This document shows, piece by piece, positions 19,701-28,700 of a stretch of DNA of 64,000 nucleotides. The DNA is from Verrucomicrobiota bacterium (GTDB taxonomy: Bacteria > Verrucomicrobiota > Verrucomicrobiia > Limisphaerales > UBA9464). Below the pieces are notes generated by a model. The model searched no databases. It was not told the origin of the DNA and saw only the letters and a program-made list of their open reading frames with translations. The stretch's first letter is position 1. Every line of letters begins with the position of its first letter. The stretch spans positions 23,502-87,501 of the forward strand of contig JAFLEF010000023.1 of the NCBI GenBank assembly GCA_017309115.1. The letters are read 5' to 3'. Made by a program: the position numbers and the translations under genes.

Positions 19701-22700
19701 TGTTGAAGGTGTATCAGGCGAATCGCTTTCCGCGGGATCAGTTGGAGGCGCTGGCGGCTTCGCCCGACACGCGCGCGGCTTTGCTGGAGGCGTTCAATGT
19801 CGGCGAGTTCGGTCAGGCGGTGGTGGCGGTGGAGGGGTTGGATCGCGCGGTGTACCAGGACTTAGTTCCGCAGGGAGGCGCGCGGGATCAGAGCGAGCTC
19901 TCCGTGGTCCTGCGGTTTCGCGGTCGGGGAACGGTGACTGGCATCGTGCGCGACGAGCGCGGGGCGCCGTTGTCGGGCGCGGCGGTGAATCTGTTTCCGG
20001 ACACGGATTCCCGCGAGAAGGGCCGGGGAATCCTGAGCGGGCCGGATGGTTCCTTCCGGTTTGACGGTGTGCCGCTGGGTCGCTTTTCGATTGAAGCGTC
20101 CACCGGGGATCAGCGGCTGCGGGTTGTGGATGGTCGCCTAGAGACCTTGGGGCAAACGGTGGATCTGGAGTTGGTTGTGCCGGACACGCGACTCGCGTTT
20201 GGATCGCTGAACGGACAGGTCCTGGAGGCCGACGGGACGCCGCATGCCCAGGCGCGGGTGTACGTGGTGCAGGACCTCAATGCTGGATCTCCGCGGGGCA
20301 TTCTCGCGGAGGCGATCACGGACGAGGACGGCTACTGGCGTGCGGATCGGGTGTTGGCGACCAACCGCGTGGGGGTTGTCGCGCTCTCCCGCGATTCTCA
20401 GCGCAAAGCGGTGCGGGCAGGGGTTCAGCTGAATGTGGACGGCGAAGGCTTCCTGACCCTGGAACTGGAGAGCCTGGCCACGGTTCGCGGAATCGTTCGC
20501 TACGCTGATGGCCAACCCGCGGCGCGGGCGAAGGTCGGCGGAGGCGACGCCGTGGTGCGCACGGATGCGCGGGGCGAGTTTCTGCTGACGGGAGTTCCCG
20601 CGGGTCTGCGTTCCGTGGTGGCGGGTCTGGATGCGCCGGATTCGCGCGATGGCGTCACGCGCCTGACGGGAACCACGCTTACCGTAACGGCGGGTCAGGA
20701 CAACTTCGTCGATCTTCGGCTGCCCGCCCGAGGCAAGATTACGGGCCGCATTCTCAATGTGGCGGGCGAGCCCGTGCCGAACATCCGTGTGGCGATTCCA
20801 ATGGCCGACGGCTTCGCCTGGGTCAACGCCAACACCCGGGGCGAATTCGTCTTCGATGCCTGGCCCATCGGACGCTATATCGTGAGCGCTCCCTCGCCGC
20901 CGGTGAAGGTGAAGCCGGACGAACTAGCGGAGCGTGCCCTGAGTGCGCTTCAGGGAAGTGACGGCCGGAATATGTCCGCCGAGGCCGCCGCCCTGGTCGG
21001 GGAACTGGCGAACATTTATGCGCAGGGCACCATGGGCCGATTCAGTAGTCCGAACTTCGTGCCCACCACCTGGGGCTTCAACGAAGTGGAGCTGTTGAAC
21101 GACGGAGGCACGGCGTTTGTGGAGGTTCAGATGTTGCCCGGCGCGTCGGTCAGCGGAACCGTGGTGAACTCCCAGGGCGTGCCGATTGGCGCGAACGTCA
21201 AGGTGTTCGCCTTTGGCCCGAGCAAGACGGGCGGTCCTCTAGTCGAGGAGCGCGGGGAGATGGTCAGCGATCCGGGTACCGGCGAATTCCGCTTCACCGG
21301 ATTTCTCACCGGGCCGATCCGGCTGGAAGCGACGTCGCCGCTGCTGGTGGGTCGCGCGCAGTATGAAGATTACCTCGAGCCGGAATCTCCCATCCGGACT
21401 GGAGTCACGCTGACGTTCCCGGCCCAGGCGGCGACGACCGGCCGACTGATGGGGCAAGTGACTTCCGCGGAAGGAACGCCGGTCCCGGACGCGGAGGTGG
21501 CGATCAGTTTTTCCTCCGACTACGCGATTCGCACCGACACTAACGGCGTCTTCGACACACAGATTCGCTTGCCGGTCGCCTACTATTTCGTGACGGCGAA
21601 GGCGGACGGCAACGTGGGCCAGACGACGGTTCAATTGGTGGGAGGTATCACTAATTTTGCCGCGGTTCGGTTACTGGGCCGAGGTGATCTGGTGGTGGAG
21701 GTGCAGAATCTGGATGGAACCCCGGCGACGGGGGCGGAGGTGAAAGTCGTCGGCTGGGATTTTCCGCGGGAAGAATACTCGTTTGAGAGCGTCGATGGTT
21801 TCGGTCGGCGGACGTTGATGGGATTGGCCGAAGGTGAGTATGTGCTGGAGGCTAAGCAACTGACCGGCACTTTGGTGGAGTTCGTACGCGGAGCAGTGAA
21901 GGTGAGTCGGGGTCAGGAGTCCCGGGTTCAACTGCGGTTTGGTCCAACGGGTTCGGTGCGGGGACAGTTTGTGGAACGACTCACGCAGGTGCCGATCTCT
22001 GGTGCGCAGGTGTGGTTGCGGAATCCTGCCGGCTTGGCGGTGGCCAGTGCTCCGACCGGGGCGGATGGTCGGTTCGAACTGACGTCGTTGCCGTTGGCAA
22101 CGTATCAGCTGGTCTCGCGAAATCCGGTGAACGGCCGGCTTGGTTCGGCGACGGTGGCGGTAACTCCCGAGAATTCTGCGCCATCGGTGGTGTTGGTGGA
22201 ACAGGCCCTTGGGGAAGTACGGGGTATCGTGAGAGATTCGTCGGGAACCAATCCGGCGGTGGGAGTCCGGGTCACGTTGAGTCCTACCGATCGGCTGTTT
22301 GAAAGCCGGCAGGTGACGACTGGGCCGGACGGGGAGTTTCAGTTTCCGGGCGTTCCATTGGGCTCCTTTGAGGTTCAGGCCGTCCTGGGGCTGGCGGGTC
22401 CGCAATCCCGGGCGCAGGCCCTGCTCGCCTCCGAGACCGAACCTTTGATTCTCGATTTGGCCTTACCGCTGACGGGTAGTCTCGACATCACAGTTCTGCG
22501 TCCGGACGGGGTTTCACCCGCCACCAACGCCTCCGTGGTGCTGCGGTTGTTTGACGGGCCCCGACGATTTGATACGGACGCGCAGGGCCGCGTGCGGTTT
22601 GGGGACGTGCCTCTGGGCAACTGGACGGTGCGGGCGAATTCCGAGGTGCCAGGCGAAACCCGGAGTCAGGCGGTTAGGGATGTTGCCCTCAGTTTGGAAC

Positions 22701-25700
22701 GGCGGCAGATCCCGCTCACTCTGGTGTTGCCTGGAGTGGGTCGGGTGCAGGGCGAGGTGCGCAATAGCGACAACTCAATTCCCACATCCGCGGTGCGCCT
22801 GGATGTGCGGTTCCTGACAGTCGGGGGTGGCGGCGATACGGTGACGGTGCTGACGGATTCCTCGGGTCGGTTCGCGGTGCCGGATGCCCGGCTCGGGGAC
22901 TTCAGTGTGACCGCTTCCCTGAACGCGCTGGCGGCAACTGCCGGCGGGCGGTTGGACGCGGATGGCGACGTGGAGTCGGTGACCTTGCGACTTGCCGCCA
23001 ACGGGGTGGTGAGCGGACGATTGCTCAGCGCCACCGGAGCCGAACTGCGTGGGGCGGACATTTTGCTGACGTTCCCGTCCCAGACCGCCTTCCCCGGGCG
23101 GGTGCTAGTGCGGACCGATGCTCAAGCGGAGTTTCGCGCCGAAGGCGTTCCGATTGGTGTTCCCGTGGTGGTGACGGCGAATGTCGCTTCGCTGAACGGA
23201 CTCCTGCGCCGGACGGTGCGCTTGACGCAGGACGGTCAGGTGCTGGCGTTGGGCGATCTGCGGCTTGATGAGGAACCGCCCACCGTGGTGCAGATTCTGC
23301 CGCCGGACGGTTCGATGGAGTTTCTGGAAACGGAATCCGTGCGGGTGGATTTCAGTGAGGCGCTGGATCCGGACAGCGTGACCCCGGAGGCCCTTTATCT
23401 CGTGCAAGGCACCAACCGGGTGGCGAGCGATGTGACGCTGGAGAGTTTGGCGACGGGATCGCGGGTTGTGTTGCAACCAGACGAACCCCTGGCCAGCGCG
23501 ACGCAGTACTCTGTGGTTGTTCTCGGCGGGAATCGGGTGGGACCCAACGGCCAGTTGTTGCGGACGGGCGTGAAGGACGGCGTGGATCGGTTGCTGGTGG
23601 AGACCGTCACGTCCTCCTTCACCACTCGGGACTTCCTTCCGCCCGGCCTTCTGTCGGCGTTCCCGGCGGATGAGGCCGTCGAGATTGATCCTCAAGCGGT
23701 GGTTCGGTTGGAGTTCGATGAAGCGGTTCGCACGAACGGCTATCAGGTGGTGGTGCGCGGGCCGGCGGGTCCGATTCCGGGTGAGTCGCAGGTCAGTGCC
23801 AGTCGGCGGTTGGTGGTGTTCAGTCCCGCGGTGGAGTTGCCGGTCAACGCCCGGTTCACCGTGGAGGTCAGCGGAGTTCGCGATGCTGCGGGGAATGTAA
23901 CCCCCAACTTCACCAACCGCTTCACCACGCTCGACACGTTGGCGCCGGCGGTGGCGAATTTGCGACTGGCGGCGGGTCAGCGCGCGGTGGCGGGAGCCAC
24001 GGTGTTGGTTGAGGCGGTGTTGGATTCGACCGAAACGAATGCCGCGGTCCGCTTCAAGCTCGATGGCGTGGAGGTCGGCGTGGCCCTGATCGGACCGGTG
24101 TTCCGCTGGCCGGTGCGGCTGCCCGGTTCCGGGACGGCGGTGGTTTCCGCCACGGGTCTGGATTCCCGCGGCAACTCCGGCAGCGAAGCCGAGTTGATCC
24201 TGCCCTTGGTCGCCAACGATGCGCCCTCGGTGGCTTTGCGGCGCGGTCCGCTGGAATCAGGTCCGGTGCGTACCGGACGATCCTTCAGCGTGGTGGTCGA
24301 AGCGACCGATGATGCCCGTGTGGCGGGAACCGTGCTGACTCTGACGGGAGCCCTGACCAATCGCTGGGAACTGGGCGGTGGGACCAACACCGTGGTGGTG
24401 ACCCTGCCGGCGGAAGCGGTGTCCGGGCCGGCATTTGAGTTTCGCGCCACGGCCTTCGATGAACTCGGGGCGCGTTCGACGGAAGCGCTTCTCGCGGTTC
24501 CCACCACGGATGCAACGCTCCCGGGACTCGTCTGGAACGGGCCGCCGGCGGGAACCCGGTTGGATCCGCGGAATCCGTTCCCGTTGGACTTGGAAGTTCG
24601 GGACAACAGCGGGGCAGTGAACGTGCAGTCCACGCTGAGGTATCGAAACGGAGTTCTCACGAATCTGACCGCATCCGTCGTGCTCGTGCCCAATGTTTCC
24701 CAGTCGGTGCGACTGGAGGCGAATCTGGCGGGGGCGGAGGACGGCGGAACGTTGGAGGTGGATCTGACGGTGACGGATGCCGCCGGAAACGTCGCGCGCC
24801 AATCGCTCAGCTATTCGGTGCGGGGTGTGCGTGGTCCCAAGCTGGTGCAGATTCGCAACTCGGCCGGCACGTTGCTGCCAACGACCAACGTCGTTTCACC
24901 GTGGATCTCGTTTTTGATTTTCGACTTCGACCGGTCACTGGCGCCGACGAATTTGGTGGATCAGTTGGTCCTGACCAATGACCTGGGCGAACCCATCGCG
25001 TTCACGCCGGTCCTGACGGCGAATACGATCCAGTGTCAGCTCAATGGAGCTTCCCTGCCGCCCGGATCGGAAGTGACGGCCATTCTGCGACCCGGACTGA
25101 CCGATGCCAGTGGCAATGAAACGCAACTCGCCGACGGCCGAGCGTTTCCGCCCGAGGGAGTCAGCGTGACGTTCCCCGTGGCGCGGTTCTTGGGTTTGAA
25201 ACCGGATTCCGGCCGAAGGGTGGTTCCTGGGCAGACGCTGGTGTTGGACTTGACCCAGGATCGCGCTCTGGATCTGGTTGAAGTGCGCCTGAATGGTGAA
25301 CGGATGCCGGTGCGAACCGTGAATGGTGAGGTTCACCGGTATCCAGCACGGTTGTCGGAGCAGGCGACCAACGCTCAGGTCACGGTGATCACGGTCCAAC
25401 CGGGCCGGCCGCCGCGACTGCTGGCGCAAGCGGATTATGTGGTCGTGCCGCGAGACGGGGATTCCGATGGGGACGGGCTGCCCAATGGTTGGGAGGCGGA
25501 CCGTTCTTTCGTGAACGATGCGATTCGTTTCGATCCCGCGGATCCAGCGGACGCCCGGGCCAACTTTGACTCGGACGCCTTGGATAATCTGACGGAGTTC
25601 CAGTTGGGCACCGATCCCTTCCGGGTGGACACCGATGGTGACGGTCTCTGGGACCATCAGGAGTCGCTGGAACCGAATGGCTGTCCGAGTCCGCTGGTGG

Positions 25701-28700
25701 CCGACAGCGATGGCGATGGTACCAATGACCGGTTTGATTTTGATGCGTGTGATCCCCAGGAGAGTCTGACGGTGAGTCCCCTGGCGCTCACCGTTTCGGA
25801 GGGAACCGCCACGACCAACGCCCTGACCCTGCGTCTGGTGAATCTGGGTTCCCCGTCCCTCCGGTTCGACCCGGCGTTCCCGCGACCAGACTGGGCCCAG
25901 TTGCTCGACTCCAGTTCGCCCAACACCAACGTGTCCACCTGGCGACTGCGCCTGGGTCCTTCCTTCAGTGACGCCGGAGATTACTCCCTGCGCTTGCGGG
26001 CGACGGCGTCCCGGGCTTTGGGACAGGTGGAGTTTCCGGTGGAAGTGTTGGTTCGGGTGCAGAATGTGACCAACGTTCCGGTGACCCGCTGGCGTTCACC
26101 GGTCAGTGGTCGGTGGCAGGATGCCTCCGCGTGGAGCGACGGGGTTCCGGATGTGGGACGTCAGGCCGTCATTGACGTTCCCGGGACCTACACCGTCTCG
26201 GTGGATGTCGGCGGGCTGGCGTCGGGATTGCAGGTGGGCGGACCGGGCGCAGCGGTGACGCTGAATCTGGTGTCGGGGACCCTAACGCTGAACGACGACG
26301 CCACGATTCATCCCGGTTCGGTGCTGCGGAGTCAGAATGGTGGCTTGGACGGGCAGGGTGATCTTCGCGTGGCGGGTCGAATGGAGTGGTCGACCAGCGC
26401 GTTGGCCGGATCCGGACGCCTCCTGATTGAACCTGGTGGCGAGATGGAGACGCGGTCGGGCACGCTGTCGCTCTTCCGTTCGTTGGAAAATGCGGGAACG
26501 CTGCGGTTGGCGGACGGACTCACCCTGTGGCTGGAAGGATCCACCCTGACGAATCGCGGCGATCTGTTGCTGGAGAACTCGGGTCAGATTTGGTTCCGCA
26601 GTTCGTTGAACCGCGAGCAGGTGGTGAATGAAGGACGGATGCAGAAGACCGGGGCCGGCGAGTTCACTCTGAACAGCCTGCCATTCCATCAGCACGGGCG
26701 TCTGGAAGTGATGGCCGGAACACTGACGAGCACGGGCGGGGGCGTGCACAGCACCACCAATGTCCTGCCGGCGGGCGCGACGTTGCGGTTGGGCGGACGG
26801 AATCCGGCCAGTCCATTGGTGTGGACTCCGGAGAGTGCGTGGTCGGGGGCGGGACGTTTCGAGTTCGTGGGGTCTAGCAATCTGGTGCTCGGCTCGTTTC
26901 AGCCCACTGGTCTGGTGGAGTTCGCGGCCACCTCCACCCGGCTGGCGCGTTCGATCGTTCCTCCCTTGGCAGCCACGTTCAGCTTTGGGCTAACGCACTT
27001 CGCACAGGATCAGGTGCTGACCAATAGCGTCGCCTCGGCGTCGAGCACGATCCTGACGGACGGCGAGTTGAGCGTGGTGGGCCGCTTGCAGTCGGCGTCA
27101 GGAACGTTTGGGGGAACCGGTCGGTTGCGGATTGCGCCCGGGGGCAGTTGGGTCGTGAACGGGGATTCGATTGTGCAGTTGTCCTGTCAGGTGGAAAACG
27201 AGGGAGCGGTCGAAATTCTGGACGGCGGCGATCTGCGGCTGAATGGCGTGACGCTCGTCAATCGCGGGGAGTTCACCACCCGAGGTGAGGCGACGATCTG
27301 GTGGCAGACGGTCTTCGCGGAAAACCGATTCGAGAACGAGGGACGGTTCCGTCAGTTGGGCGGCGGACAGGTCTCCTTCCGCCTGGTTCCCTTCCATCAT
27401 CGCGGCGAATTAGAACTCACCGGAAGCCTGTTCCTGGACGAGGGGGGCGCCAACCACAGTCGCCTCGAAGTGCCAGCCGGAGTGACGCTCGTCCTGGGGG
27501 ATTCGATGGAATACGGGGCAGGTTCGTTTCTGGGGGGGGCGGGAACGATTCGGTTCGATCAGGGCAATCACATCTTGTCGGGCGGGTTTGAGCCGACGGG
27601 TTCGGTGATCTGGAATGGCGGAACGGTAACGGTGAACGAGACCCCAGCGTCCCCGTATGCGGCTTCCTTCAACTCCGGTCGGTCCGTTTTCGGCGCTCCA
27701 CAGCGGCTGCGCAGTGCCTCCTTTGCCGGCGCGACGGTCGAGGGAGCCGATCTCGAGGTGGAGGGAGATCTCCAATTGCGGTCCGGGGCTCTGCTGGGGC
27801 CGGGTCGGGTGACCACGACCACCAATTCCACGGTGCGCGTGGAGAGTTCGGTGCGCACGACCCTTTCCACGCTCGGGCGGACGCTCCTGACGCGGGGTCC
27901 GGTATTGTGTGCCACCAACGCCTGGGTGCGGTTTCAAGGAGGACGCTGGGAGAACGAAAGTCGCTTTGAAGTGCCGGCGGGCCTCCGTCTGGACTCCTTC
28001 GGGGGAACCAACGGATTTGTGAATCGGGGGGTGTTCGAGCAAAGCGGATCCAACACAGTGGAGATCACGGGCGTGGCGGTGGAGAACACCGGACCCTGGC
28101 TGCTGACGGGCGGTTCGCTGACCCTGGCCGGCGGCGGCACCAACTCGGTTCCCTGGAACATTCCGGCAGGAATGCCGTTGTCGCTCGGGGGACGTTGGCT
28201 CCAGTTGGCTCCGCTCACCGCCCGTGGTCCGGTTCAGTTCACGGCGGGAGTTCAGCAGTGGAACGCGCCCTTCCAAAATGTCGGAAGTCTGCGCGTCGAT
28301 TCCGGTGCCGAAGTCTTCTGGACCGCGGGACTGACCAACGACGGCTCGGTGACGGTGCTGGGCACGATGGTCGCCGGAACGCCGTCGTTGGTTCGGCAGA
28401 TGATCCTGCAGCAAGGCGAGCTCCGGGCCGAGGCGCCGTTGACGATTACCGAAGAGTTTCGGTGGCTCTCCGGGACCCTTGCCGGAGCGGGCGGAGTTCA
28501 TTTGGCCGCCACCGGTTTGGGCGAAGTCAGTGGCAACGGACTGGCCAGCCTTCGCGGTCTGTTCTCCAGCGCGGGCACCGTTACCCTCACCAACACCGCG
28601 TCGGTCCAGTTCCGTAATGGCACTTGGAGGAATGAACCCTCCGGCACGGTGATCCTGCGCAGTTCTGGAAGTTTCCTGGGATTTGGTTCGACCACCAATC

